A DNA stretch of 60,175 bases, from the IMG/VR virus record IMGVR_UViG_3300005405_000008, positions 62,001-122,175 of that record, one strand, 5' to 3'. The notes under the pieces are model-generated. The model ran no database searches, was not told where the DNA came from, and saw only the letters and a program-made list of their open reading frames with translations. This document shows, piece by piece, positions 49,571-59,921 of this stretch. The stretch's first letter is position 1. Every line of letters begins with the position of its first letter. The DNA is from an uncultured virus (IMG/VR IMGVR_UViG_3300005405_000008). Lineage: Duplodnaviria; Heunggongvirae; Uroviricota; Caudoviricetes. A program made the translations under genes and the position numbers.

Positions 49571-49867
49571 ATGAAAGAATTAACTATCGAACAATTAGAA
49601 ATTATCCTTAAAGAATATTGTGTGAAAAACAAATTAAAATACAGAGAGATAAATTATGACCAAAAATGTAAATGGATTATATTTTCTTATACATTACCAA
49701 AGAAATTTGAGTATTTTAATAGCGATAGTGAATGTTATTGTATGAGCTTAGATGATGATTATAGATTTACGTCTGTTAAGAGAGGACTTACAAAACAATT
49801 AATTGGATTTAAAGTAGTAGATATTGATAAGATTACAAAAATTCATGAACATATTAATTGGGATTAA
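49571..49867 (+). CDS. Hypothetical protein
   Basis: ORF with RBS. Confidence 0.65.
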   Translation: MKELTIEQLEIILKEYCVKNKLKYREINYDQKCKWIIFSYTLPKKFEYFNSDSECYCMSLDDDYRFTSVKRGLTKQLIGFKVVDIDKITKIHEHINWD

Positions 49868-49924
49868 TCCTAGCAAAGACATCTTTCGAGGGAATAGAAA
49901 TTAAAATGAAAAGGAGATTATATA

Positions 49925-50203
49925 ATGACAAATGATGAATATCAAAGAAAATACCAAAGCAAAGAATATCTGGAAAGTAGATTAATTAGGTTTTGGAAAT
50001 ATAGGCAATCGTATATTGATAGATTATCAACGGACGAAGAAAGAAAAGTATATCAAAATAAAATGCAAGAATTAATTGATGAACATTTAAGAACATACGA
50101 TGAAGGAGATTATAAAATTGAATATTGTCAGTATTGCTATATGCCTTTAGCAAAGGGATCTGTATCGGCTAAATATGGACATTGTGGTTATAGTTGTCCT
50201 TGA
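49925..50203 (+). CDS. Hypothetical protein
   Basis: AGGAG RBS; Cys-rich C-terminus. Confidence 0.65.
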   Translation: MTNDEYQRKYQSKEYLESRLIRFWKYRQSYIDRLSTDEERKVYQNKMQELIDEHLRTYDEGDYKIEYCQYCYMPLAKGSVSAKYGHCGYSCP

Positions 50204-50430
50204 AATATAACTTACCATAAAATACAACATTTATAGGAGTTGATAAAATGAAAGTAGATGTTAAAGATTATCGTTATAAATGGGCAAAAGAATTAGCAAG
50301 AAGAATAGAAGATGATGTTGAAGATAATGCAGATGAGCTAAATGATGGCAGTGTATACTTTGAAAAGTTACTTATTAAGAATATTTTAGAGCATACATAT
50401 CAAACATCAAATTAAGAGAGGAATTAAGTA

Positions 50431-50862
50431 ATGAAACCAAACAAAACAATTAGAGAAATGGACTCTCATAAACTACTCAAAGCATTTGAAAGTGAAGGAG
50501 ATTTTAAAATGAAACAAAGAATTACCGTATCTCAACTTCAAGAACTTACACAAGAGCAACAAGATTATCTAAGATTATGGTGGTCTGAACGCCAACAACA
50601 AGGAGATGTGTTTATATGTCTTGGAAATGATTTTCTAAATGGTAAACAATTTGCATGGGATGGACACAATAAACCATTTAATATGTCAATTCCACTTTTG
50701 AATATTGGGCAGATGATTGAGATATTATTAGGTTGTAGTTGTATTAACTGTGCATTAAAAATGCTTGATGAAAGAATAAGAAATAAAATCTACGGTAATT
50801 ATGGAATGGAATTTTGTGATGCTCTATGGGAAGTGACAAAAGAATATTTAAGGATACATTAA
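50431..50862 (+). CDS. Hypothetical protein (true start probably MKQRIT)
   Basis: PLLNIGQMIEIL and CDALW motifs. Confidence 0.7.
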   Translation: MKPNKTIREMDSHKLLKAFESEGDFKMKQRITVSQLQELTQEQQDYLRLWWSERQQQGDVFICLGNDFLNGKQFAWDGHNKPFNMSIPLLNIGQMIEILLGCSCINCALKMLDERIRNKIYGNYGMEFCDALWEVTKEYLRIH

Positions 50863-50911
50863 GATCATTCTTTGAAACTATTAAATAAAACTATGAAAGA
50901 AGGAAATAAAA

Positions 50912-51571
50912 ATGAGTCATTCACCAGATATTAAATGTGATTTATGTGGTTATCAGTTTAAAGTCTTTTCAAGGCAAGAAGAAGAAATTGAAGATAGAGA
51001 ATATGTAATGGTTACAAATTATTACCCATTGCCAGAAGAAAAAGCCCATCTAGTTAGAAATTACATATGCGACACCTGTTATCATAATATTGGAAATGTG
51101 GTAAAACAAAGCCTAATTCAAGCAGGAGATGAATATCTAAACAAGGTAGAAAGTAGAAAAACTAAGAAATTAAATGAATATCTAAAATATCTTCAAGAGA
51201 TTAATAAAGAATATCAAGAAGTTAAAATATACTGTGATAAACTTAAATCTATTAATAGCATTCTTGAATTAGATGAGCAGACCATTAAAGATTTATCATC
51301 TATGTTTTCTGATAAATATCCACTTTCTGATGGAACTTATTACTTAGAACATGCACTTGATATTGAGAAAATTACTAAACATAATATGAAAAAAATTGGT
51401 GATTGGGAGGGAGAGTATAATATTGAAATTAGTGAATATTCAAAAGGATATGGGTCTTGGGATGTTGTGAGTAAAAAAGAGTTTAAAGATATATTATTAG
51501 AGAGTAAAATAAATAAAAACACTAAAGAAATACTTAAATTAATTGAACATATCAAGGAGGAAGTAATATAA
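50912..51571 (+). CDS. Hypothetical zinc-binding protein
   Basis: CDLC and CDTC pairs. Confidence 0.72.
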   Translation: MSHSPDIKCDLCGYQFKVFSRQEEEIEDREYVMVTNYYPLPEEKAHLVRNYICDTCYHNIGNVVKQSLIQAGDEYLNKVESRKTKKLNEYLKYLQEINKEYQEVKIYCDKLKSINSILELDEQTIKDLSSMFSDKYPLSDGTYYLEHALDIEKITKHNMKKIGDWEGEYNIEISEYSKGYGSWDVVSKKEFKDILLESKINKNTKEILKLIEHIKEEVI

Positions 51572-51766
51572 ATGAGAGAAGTAAGTTTTTGGATAGATGA
51601 ACGTCTAATAGGATCGATATGTAGACACTGCAAAAATTGGGAATTTTATGATTGGTATATATGTGATAAAGCTCCTAGTAATAAGATAGATCCTGATGGA
51701 TTTGGACTTCTAGATTTACCGATAACCGAATGTGAAAATTTTGATAAAGAGGAGGAAAATAATTAA
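51572..51766 (+). CDS. Hypothetical protein
   Basis: AGGAGG RBS. Confidence 0.6.
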   Translation: MREVSFWIDERLIGSICRHCKNWEFYDWYICDKAPSNKIDPDGFGLLDLPITECENFDKEEENN

Positions 51767-52011
51767 TGAAAATGACAGATGAGATGTTTTTAGCTCTTGG
51801 TTTTACAAAAAATAATGACTATTGGCATTACCTAGAATATAAAGGAAATTACAATGATATCAATATAAGTTATTATGCTAAATTAGATGTGGAACTTGAG
51901 GATGTTATAAAGAGATTAAAAACTAAATGGGTTGAAGAAGCAGAAGATAATTTAAGATATAGCTTTAGGAGTTTACTTGGTATTTATAAACATGAAAATG
52001 AATTGTATTAA
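51766..52011 (+). CDS. Hypothetical protein
   Basis: Coupled ORF with RBS. Confidence 0.65.
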   Translation: MKMTDEMFLALGFTKNNDYWHYLEYKGNYNDINISYYAKLDVELEDVIKRLKTKWVEEAEDNLRYSFRSLLGIYKHENELY

Positions 52012-52059
52012 AATCCTAACAAAGCATTATTTGAATGGAATTAGAAAGGAGAAAATAAG

Positions 52060-52257
52060 ATGCAATTAACTAAAAAATTAATTGAAAAGAAATATAATTG
52101 TGAATTAATTAGAGACTTCGGGTTTGATGATAGTCATTTATACTGGGTAGCACATGAAAATGACTCAGAGAATAAAGGATTTGAATTTGCTGATGGGTGG
52201 ACACTTAAAGAATTGGTAAACAACATTGAGAAGAAATTAAAATTACAAAAGAAATAG
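52060..52257 (+). CDS. Hypothetical protein
   Basis: AGGAG RBS. Confidence 0.65.
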   Translation: MQLTKKLIEKKYNCELIRDFGFDDSHLYWVAHENDSENKGFEFADGWTLKELVNNIEKKLKLQKK

Positions 52258-52517
52258 AATTGTCATTTTAAAGGAGAAATTAAATTATGAAACTTTATGT
52301 CACCCAAGAAGAGGCCAACAAAATAAAAGAATTAATCAAGAAAATCAATGATAAATTTTTCACAATAGTATCTAGAAAAATTGCAAAAGCTCAATATGAA
52401 TCATTAATAAGAAGAATCAAAGGTATTCGAGGTTATGAAGATTAATAATAAACAGGAAATAAATATTGACATTATTGTAAATAATATGTTATACTTATAG
52501 TTCAAGGAGGTGAGAAT

Positions 52518-52718
52518 ATGGACAAAAAATATGTAATATATAATTTTATTAATGAATATTACGAAAGAAATTATGACAATGGTATGCCTAAATTAACATC
52601 ATTTATAGAGGATGCTATATTGTTTGATTTACACGAAGTGAAAATAAAATTAACTGAATTACATAAAATGGGATTTACGGGATTAGATTATGATAAAAAG
52701 GAGAATGATTATATATGA
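52518..52718 (+). CDS. Hypothetical protein
   Basis: AGGAGGTG RBS; promoter TTGACA-18-TATACT at 52466. Confidence 0.65.
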   Translation: MDKKYVIYNFINEYYERNYDNGMPKLTSFIEDAILFDLHEVKIKLTELHKMGFTGLDYDKKENDYI

Positions 52719-52900
52719 AAATAATAGCAACAAGTAATTATGATTTAGATGATTTCAGCGAATATATCATTGCAGAAGGACTTAATAATTATTATGGCAA
52801 ACTTATTTGTGATTTTCTACAAAGCAAAGTTAAAGATGGTGATGATGTTTGGCCTGTATTAAAAGAAGATGATTATAAATTGTTTGTGTGGGAACCTTGA
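52715..52900 (+). CDS. Hypothetical protein
   Basis: Coupled ORF with RBS. Confidence 0.65.
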   Translation: MKIIATSNYDLDDFSEYIIAEGLNNYYGKLICDFLQSKVKDGDDVWPVLKEDDYKLFVWEP

Positions 52901-53023
52901 TCTGGATAGATATTAAGTTAAGGAGATGAGTATTAATATGGGAGATAATTACATGGAAGAAGAAAGGTAAATATTAGGGAGTTTATTCTCCCTTTTATAA
53001 TTATAAATTCAAAAATAAATTAA

Positions 53024-53052
53024 TTGACATGTTATTTATTGTGTAGTATAAT
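53024..53052 (+). promoter_or_regulatory. Consensus sigmaA promoter
   Basis: TTGACA-17-TATAAT. Confidence 0.8.
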
Positions 53053-53091
53053 TAATATGTGGTAGAAATATAAGTTAAGGAGTTAAGAATT

Positions 53092-53592
53092 ATGAATAAA
53101 AGGTTATATGTTAATTATGAATTCAATCAAGAAATACCAAAAGAAATTATTAAAGATACAAACGTGTATACTAATGAAATTGGTTTTATTGTTGTAAAAG
53201 CAGAATACAAAAAGAAATTCGAAAAGAAATATATTATTCCGTTAACAAGTTTTTCTGAATGGTTCACTAATAAATATAGTCAAACTCATATTATTAGTGA
53301 ATTAATTTATGAAATAGTAGAATCTGAACGACTTTTAAAACTAGCACGAAAAGATAATATTCTAAATGTTAATTTAATACCGACAATGATTAAATCAACT
53401 CTCGATAAATTATCAATATTAACTGATGATGAAATTATTGGGTATATTGTGAATTATAAATTAGAAGAAGTTTTGAAAGTTGTCATAAAACCATTTGTAA
53501 TGAGTGAAGTGATGAAAAATTATCAAGATTGTCTTAGGGATTTAGAAGCACAATATCGTATTGATTGGGGTAGAAAAATAACAGATATTTAG
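53092..53592 (+). CDS. Hypothetical protein
   Basis: 166 aa ORF behind a consensus promoter and RBS. Confidence 0.72.
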   Translation: MNKRLYVNYEFNQEIPKEIIKDTNVYTNEIGFIVVKAEYKKKFEKKYIIPLTSFSEWFTNKYSQTHIISELIYEIVESERLLKLARKDNILNVNLIPTMIKSTLDKLSILTDDEIIGYIVNYKLEEVLKVVIKPFVMSEVMKNYQDCLRDLEAQYRIDWGRKITDI

Positions 53593-54102
53593 AGTATGAA
53601 ATTTTATTAAAAGGAGGTGAAAATATGCACGAAGATAAAGGTTATTTTGCAGAAGTTGATATTGATGCAATTATTGAAGGAAAATGTAAAGATCCTGAGT
53701 TCGCAAAAGGATTTGAAAAAGTTCAAGAAAGATATGGTAAAAAGAATATTGGTAAGAAAAGATATAGAGTAATTGATAGAGTTAGGGGAATGAAGAAGTA
53801 AAATAAAGGAGGATGTGAAAAACAATGGATTGTGAAAATAGGATAAATGGTTTCTATGAAATATTGCAAATTGATTGTGATAATCCACAAGAAAATAATC
53901 CAGATAATTACAATGAAGAAATTGGTTTCCCCTTGTATTTGTGGAATGTTTGAACCAAAGAATAAATAATCATTATTAATAAAAGGAGGTGAGAAATATT
54001 AGCAATAAAATGATTGTGTATGGATTTACTTAGGTAAGAAATAAAATTATCTTTCAAACAAATATTAGGAGCAAATTAAACAAACGGAGGAGCATTTCAA
54101 TT

Positions 54103-54288
54103 ATGACTGAGCGAAAATACATATTCGTTTATAATTTAACTCAGGCTGAGTTCTATTTTAGTAAAGGTATTACTCCACTAAAGGTTGGCGTTGGAACTAA
54201 GGGAGATACCTTTGTGCAGTTCGCAAAATCAAATGAATTACAATCTGCTTTTGATGAATGGTGCAATCGGTGGAGACCTATGGTTTAA
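54103..54288 (+). CDS. DUF5659-like small protein
   Basis: VYNLTQAEFYFSKG...FVQF....L..AFDEW. Confidence 0.6.
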   Translation: MTERKYIFVYNLTQAEFYFSKGITPLKVGVGTKGDTFVQFAKSNELQSAFDEWCNRWRPMV

Positions 54289-54335
54289 ACTGACCATGAT
54301 GTGAAAATGAAAGGAATAGTGACCAAGAAATAGTA

Positions 54336-55922
54336 ATGATAATAAATCCAGAGAAAGAGGCAATTGTTAAAGCAATTAATGATTTATACATATTACAAAG
54401 ATTCAAATATCTTATATGGAGTACAAAAGCAGATACTTATGTTTCAATTCATTATTATAAGGATTATCCAGAAAAGACTAACGGGCCAATATTAACGGAT
54501 TCTATAGTTAAAAATCATATTGATGGAATTAAAACTATAGGTGTCTTTGCTAGGGATATGAAAGGAGTTGAAGATAGTAAATTCATATGTTTTGATGTGG
54601 ATATTGGACAAAAAGATAAAACTGATAAAGAAGAGAAAAAGAAAAATATAGAGAAAGCGAAATGGGTTACAAGTAAAGTTGTTCATGCTTTACAGGAAGT
54701 AGGGATAGATGATGAATTTATTAATATTAGTTTTTCAGGAGGTAAAGGTTATCATATAGAGATATTTTTTGATGAACCGATAGAAGTAAATTTACTAAAG
54801 AGATTTCACAAATATGTATTAGATAAAGAGGGTTTAAAAGAAAAAGAAGATTTAATTATTGATGGAGATAATTATGGTAAAGTAGAATATAGACCAACAA
54901 ATAAACTAGGAGTTAAACTTCCTTTAGGGATTAATTTCAATAATAAAATTGATAAAAATAATTATTGCTATTTCTGTGAATATAGTAAAGGTTTAAGACA
55001 AATTAGAGATCCATTACATATAACTAAAATAAAAAAGATGGATAATATTCTATTTAGATTGATATTAGATAAAATATTTGACATTGAAGAAATTGAAACA
55101 AGTGTAAAGAACATAGAAAACTATATTGAAATAAAAGAAACACACAATCCATTGACTCAATACAACCAGAATATTGATGAAAAAATTACAATTGAAGCAA
55201 TTCAGGAGTTAATTGAAACTGGTTTAACTAGAACAGGTACTAGATGGAAGTCGTTAATAAATATTGCTAAATATTATAAACATCTTGAAGTATCAAGAGA
55301 TGATTGTAAAGAGTGGATCACCGAATGGATGAACCAACAGGATAAGAAATGTTATACCACAAAATGGAATAATGTTTTAAAAGACATAAATAATATTATT
55401 GAATATGTTTATACTCATGAATTTAATTTGGTCGGTGGAGTAAAAACAGTAAAGATTACATATGAAGAAATAAGAGAAATACTTAAAGCGAAGAGCAAGA
55501 ATGACAAATTAGTATTATACTCGATGCTTATCCACAGTAAGAGGTATGCTAAGAAATCAGGCATATTTTATTTTCCATATAGTTTAATGATGTTAGCAAC
55601 AGATTTATCAAGACCAACATTAATAAAAATAGTCAATCAACTATCAGAAAATAAATTTATAGAAATTGTTTCAAGAAATACTCCTATTGAGCATAAGTTT
55701 ATGAAAGAACCAAACAAATATAAAATTACTTTAAATATTGTAGAGGATAAGGATGTTGAAGAAGAAAAATGTTTTGAATTTAATGAGGGAGATAATTATA
55801 TAGAATCATTTAATAATTGTATTATAAATAACTTTGAGAATAAAGAAATAAAATCACTATGCGGAAGAAGATTCTATGAGGATTTAATGGATTATAAAAA
55901 TAATAATATTGTTAAGGTTTAA
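54336..55922 (+). CDS. Archaeo-eukaryotic primase (AEP) domain protein with C-terminal winged helix
   Basis: CFDVD, FSGGKGYH, VKLPLG motifs; helical PriCT-like region; LSRPTLIKIVNQL wHTH. Confidence 0.82.
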   Translation: MIINPEKEAIVKAINDLYILQRFKYLIWSTKADTYVSIHYYKDYPEKTNGPILTDSIVKNHIDGIKTIGVFARDMKGVEDSKFICFDVDIGQKDKTDKEEKKKNIEKAKWVTSKVVHALQEVGIDDEFINISFSGGKGYHIEIFFDEPIEVNLLKRFHKYVLDKEGLKEKEDLIIDGDNYGKVEYRPTNKLGVKLPLGINFNNKIDKNNYCYFCEYSKGLRQIRDPLHITKIKKMDNILFRLILDKIFDIEEIETSVKNIENYIEIKETHNPLTQYNQNIDEKITIEAIQELIETGLTRTGTRWKSLINIAKYYKHLEVSRDDCKEWITEWMNQQDKKCYTTKWNNVLKDINNIIEYVYTHEFNLVGGVKTVKITYEEIREILKAKSKNDKLVLYSMLIHSKRYAKKSGIFYFPYSLMMLATDLSRPTLIKIVNQLSENKFIEIVSRNTPIEHKFMKEPNKYKITLNIVEDKDVEEEKCFEFNEGDNYIESFNNCIINNFENKEIKSLCGRRFYEDLMDYKNNNIVKV

Positions 55923-56316
55923 TACTTTATCTTATCTCTTAATCTTTATCTCTCTTATAATACTCTAATTAATAGTAATAGTGGTAATGGATTAAGAGAC
56001 ACACCTTCGGGGTTACGTAGGGAACGAAGAACGTAACGTAAGAGCAAAATAATATATTATGTAAAGTCCTGACACATCCAAAAATATGGTAATTCCCTAT
56101 AATATATAAGGGAGGTGAGAAACAAAATGCTATACTGCCCTCACTGTGATGAATTCCATCAAGATAGTGAACTAACTATTATTGCAGAATTTGATTATGT
56201 AGAATGTTTTAAATCAAGAATGGAAATTAAAACATGGAAATTTAATAATTGTGATAATGTAATTGCTTGGAGAAAAGAACATGATTTTAAATAAATTATT
56301 AAGGAGCGTAAAATAA

Positions 56317-57051
56317 ATGAAATTAAAATTCATAGGAACAGGTTCGGCTTTCAACACAAAACTAGGAAACACAAGTGCCTACATCAAAGAAAACAACACA
56401 CTATTACTTCTTGATTGTGGTGAATTGACTTTTGATAGAATATTATCTCTAAATCTATTATCAGATGTTAATGAAGTTCATATTGTAGTAACCCATACTC
56501 ATCCAGATCATATAGGTAGTCTAGGTAGTTTCATATTTTACTGTTATTTTATCAAGAAAATTAAACCAACATTCCATTCTGCTGATAATGATTTTATTGA
56601 ATTACTTGAAATTATGGGAGTTACAGAAGATCATTGCGAATTTGATAATTGTGCTTTTGATCCTTCTGTAATGATTGATAGTTTAGATTTAGGATTATAT
56701 TTCCTAGAAAATAATCATGTTAAAGAACTTATGACATTTGGGCTATTATTAGTTAAAAATCCTTCTGAAGAAGAACATGAATATATTATTTATTATAGTG
56801 GTGACAGTTGTGACATAGAAGATAATATTTTAGATGGATTTAAAGAAGGTAAGATTAATTATCTATACCAAGATACTTGCAAAGCAGATTATAATGGTAA
56901 TGTTCATTTGTCATTGAGAAGACTTACAGAATTAATTCCTGAAGAGTTAAGAAATAAAATATACTGTATGCATTTAGATAGCGGTTTTGATAGAAACGAG
57001 GCAGAGGAGTTAGGATTTAATGTTGTAGAAATCGAAGGAGGTTTAAATTAA
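56317..57051 (+). CDS. MBL-fold metallo-hydrolase (RNase Z-like)
   Basis: FIGTGSAF, LLDCG, THTHPDH, YSGD, VHL, MHLD motifs. Confidence 0.9.
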   Translation: MKLKFIGTGSAFNTKLGNTSAYIKENNTLLLLDCGELTFDRILSLNLLSDVNEVHIVVTHTHPDHIGSLGSFIFYCYFIKKIKPTFHSADNDFIELLEIMGVTEDHCEFDNCAFDPSVMIDSLDLGLYFLENNHVKELMTFGLLLVKNPSEEEHEYIIYYSGDSCDIEDNILDGFKEGKINYLYQDTCKADYNGNVHLSLRRLTELIPEELRNKIYCMHLDSGFDRNEAEELGFNVVEIEGGLN

Positions 57052-57368
57052 TGTTTAAACTATATTATCGTTTAAAAATTTGGAAACTCAAAAGAGACTT
57101 AGTATACTATGAAAATATCACAGGCGAATACAACATAAATAAACAAAAAGAATTGAATTATTATGTAGAAAAATTAGACAAATGTAATCAACAAACATTT
57201 TGTTATTGTCCTTTATGCTTCAATGAATTAATAAGTAGTGATAGTTTTGTTAGTGATGAGAAATTTGTTACTTATAAATGTAGTAAGTGTGGGTTAGTGT
57301 CTAGATGGGACTTTGGAATTTCACCTGTGCCAGTGTTGATTAAGGATTGTAAAGGAGAAATAGAATAA
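57051..57368 (+). CDS. Hypothetical zinc-ribbon protein
   Basis: CPLC and CSKC pairs. Confidence 0.7.
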   Translation: MFKLYYRLKIWKLKRDLVYYENITGEYNINKQKELNYYVEKLDKCNQQTFCYCPLCFNELISSDSFVSDEKFVTYKCSKCGLVSRWDFGISPVPVLIKDCKGEIE

Positions 57369-57589
57369 TGAACACAAATATAAAAACAGTTGGACAATTA
57401 AGAGCAATATTAAAAGATTTTGACGATGATTTTAAATTAGAAATGGATTATATGATATTACTAACAGATGAACAATTGTCAAAGATGTCATATCCTTATC
57501 CGTGGATGCGTCAGGAATGTATATTAGAATTTCATGATGTTGGATATTCGGATAGAGTCCTTTGTTTTGGATTATATGATAAAGATTAG
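57368..57589 (+). CDS. Hypothetical protein
   Basis: Coupled ORF. Confidence 0.65.
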   Translation: MNTNIKTVGQLRAILKDFDDDFKLEMDYMILLTDEQLSKMSYPYPWMRQECILEFHDVGYSDRVLCFGLYDKD

Positions 57590-57633
57590 TACTTCGAATG
57601 TTATGTTTTAAGCCAATTGAAAGGAGAATTTAT

Positions 57634-57972
57634 ATGGATATTGTGGTCACGATTTCTAAATCAGAATATAAAAACGATGACAAGGAAACAGAATTCTTAT
57701 TAAATAACCCAGATGCGTATCAATTTTAGACTTTAAGTAAAATGCCTAGGAGTCTAAACATTGGTGATAGATTATATTTTATTAAAAATAATAAAGTAGA
57801 ATCATCAATGGAGTTTTGTGGCAAGGGTGATGAATTATCTGGATTAACCTGTGAAGTAACTGGCAGAGTATGGCAAGGTTGTTTGTTATTATTAAGAGAT
57901 TTAAGGAACGAAAATTTACCATTCACAATTAAGGGATTCCAAGGATTTAGATATAGGTGGTGGGAAGTATGA
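57634..57972 (+). pseudogene. Gene interrupted by an in-frame TAG at 57727-57729
   Basis: RBS + MDIVVTISK...AYQF*TLSKMPRSL is in frame with the 57742 ORF. Confidence 0.6.
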
Positions 57973-58238
57973 TTGAAGTGATATTATCCAATGGCAGAAA
58001 ATTTTATGCTTGTGAAGATGTGACATGGTTTAATAATCAAGTAATTGTGGATAGATCAAAATATGATATTGATTATAATTATGTCACCTTTACAGTTTGG
58101 AATTTAAAAAAGAAGTTACCATTTATGAAATATCGTTTAGGAAGTCTTGATATAGAAGTAATTAATCAAAATTATATAATTAGTGTTCGTGACGTTGGTA
58201 ATGACAACGAATGGTTTGAAAAGTATGTAAGTAAATGA
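57957..58238 (+). CDS. Hypothetical protein
   Basis: ORF in the array. Confidence 0.6.
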   Translation: MVGSMIEVILSNGRKFYACEDVTWFNNQVIVDRSKYDIDYNYVTFTVWNLKKKLPFMKYRLGSLDIEVINQNYIISVRDVGNDNEWFEKYVSK

Positions 58239-58257
58239 AAGTCATTTTTAACCTATT

Positions 58258-58533
58258 ATGAAAGGAGAAATAATAATGGGCAATAGAAAAAATTGTTGTG
58301 AAGCATATCATATATGTTTTAATCATGATAGTTGGTATTGTGATGAATGTGTAAGAAATAAAAATCTAGTTGATTATTTAGATATAAGAGTAACACCTAT
58401 GTATGAGGGACAATTTGATGAATTTTGTAAAGACCTTACTAAAAAAGAAATGCAAGAGTCTCAAAAAAGATTATTATATGACGATGATGGATATTTACAA
58501 AAGACATATAGAAAAATACTAAAGGAAGAATAG
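58258..58533 (+). CDS. Hypothetical protein
   Basis: AGGAG precedes the internal ATG. Confidence 0.6.
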   Translation: MKGEIIMGNRKNCCEAYHICFNHDSWYCDECVRNKNLVDYLDIRVTPMYEGQFDEFCKDLTKKEMQESQKRLLYDDDGYLQKTYRKILKEE

Positions 58534-58584
58534 GGTACAATGAAAGTCAATTTTCGTGGTATTTAATAAAGAAGAAAAGGATGA

Positions 58585-58839
58585 TTGATAATGTATTTAA
58601 AAGTAAAAGCAAAAGAAGGTTTTATTTTATATAAACACGATGAGACAGAAATTTTAGCAGAAGTAAAAATAGGAGAAATATTTAAGGCAAAGTTATATGA
58701 ATTTACAGAAGAATATTTTGCAAAAGACTCCAAAGGGAGAGAATTTTATGTTGGGGAATTGGATATTGATGGTAATCTTAAATTAGATGAATGTTTTGAA
58801 ATAGCAAATATATTTAAAGGAAAGGAAATTATTAAATGA
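58585..58839 (+). CDS. Hypothetical protein
   Basis: ORF with RBS. Confidence 0.6.
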   Translation: MIMYLKVKAKEGFILYKHDETEILAEVKIGEIFKAKLYEFTEEYFAKDSKGREFYVGELDIDGNLKLDECFEIANIFKGKEIIK

Positions 58840-59405
58840 ATATTAAACCATATTGGGATTACTTTAAATATGTATTAGAACACAAGAAGAATATATTTAA
58901 AATTTGTTGGTCGAAGGGGCTATACAAACACGCCATCACCCATGATTTAAGTAAATTCAGTCCACAAGAGTTTGTAGCATATGCAAAATATTTTTACATA
59001 AACAAAGATGAATTTAAAGAAGAATTTGATAAAGCATGGGAACATCATTACAAAAACAATCCTCATCATTGGGATCACTGGTTAGATGAAAATGGCAAAC
59101 CTAAACCGATCCCTGATCGTTATTTAAGACAAATGATATCTGATTGGGAGGTTATGAGTTTAAAGTTTGGAGGTTCAGCACAGGAGTATTATTTAAATAA
59201 TTATAGAAAGATTAAATTGGAATATGAAACCAGAATGATATTAGAAATGATGCTGAATCTGAATGATAGTTTAGCATGTAATTATGGTCATACATTAGAA
59301 GATTTTGCAAATATGGATGATGAAGATACATATAATAGGTATTTTGGATTTATTAGAGATAGGTATGGTATTGATAGTTATGAGTTGTTGAGTAACAAAC
59401 AATAA
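58836..59405 (+). CDS. HD-domain protein (DUF5662-like)
   Basis: HDLSKFSP.EF, AWEHHYKNNPHHW, MISDW motifs. Confidence 0.8.
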   Translation: MNIKPYWDYFKYVLEHKKNIFKICWSKGLYKHAITHDLSKFSPQEFVAYAKYFYINKDEFKEEFDKAWEHHYKNNPHHWDHWLDENGKPKPIPDRYLRQMISDWEVMSLKFGGSAQEYYLNNYRKIKLEYETRMILEMMLNLNDSLACNYGHTLEDFANMDDEDTYNRYFGFIRDRYGIDSYELLSNKQ

Positions 59406-59418
59406 AGGGGATGTAAAG

Positions 59419-59820
59419 ATGTTAAATGAAATAAATAAATTGTTTTCATATTTTCCTGATGAAGAGACATTAAAAATATCTTTGCATAAAAATGGTGATT
59501 CAAATAAAAAATATCATTTTTATGTATATGTTATGTTTAAAAATGGATTTCCTAGTGGTAAATATGTGTGGGGTTATACTACTGTTGATTATACAGATGG
59601 ATTTGATGATAAAACCAAATATATTTGCGACAAACTATGTGAAAATAGATTTGAAAATATTTCTGATGATATTGCGAAACAAATTCTTATATTAGGATTT
59701 ATGATTAATTATAATACTGATGCCACAAATAGTCGTTCGTTGGAAATAATCAAGCAGAAAACTAATTACGGAAATGATTACAGATTAATAGTCCCTGAAA
59801 TAGAATATAAAAGATATTGA
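59419..59820 (+). CDS. Hypothetical protein
   Basis: 133 aa ORF with RBS. Confidence 0.65.
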   Translation: MLNEINKLFSYFPDEETLKISLHKNGDSNKKYHFYVYVMFKNGFPSGKYVWGYTTVDYTDGFDDKTKYICDKLCENRFENISDDIAKQILILGFMINYNTDATNSRSLEIIKQKTNYGNDYRLIVPEIEYKRY

Positions 59821-59921
59821 GCGAGTGATTATTTTTGTAAAGAAGAAGAGTATGATGAACAATTGCAATAAAAACCAGAATTGATCGGAAGTAATAAATA
59901 AATAATAGAAAGAGGAAATAA

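Larger units (their letters stand above)
24556..59890. repeat. Dispersed palindromic intergenic motif TCC-N4-AAA-N6-TTT-N4-GGA, about 35 copies
   Basis: Perfect copies at 24556, 30918, 49868 and 52014; near-perfect at 29201, 37302, 41007, 43526 and 49335; almost all at gene junctions. Confidence 0.75.

Noticed and set aside
57727..57729. Genome-wide TAG recoding
   Set aside because: Long genes are open in the standard code and many ORFs end in TAG before an intergenic gap; one case is better explained as a nonsense change
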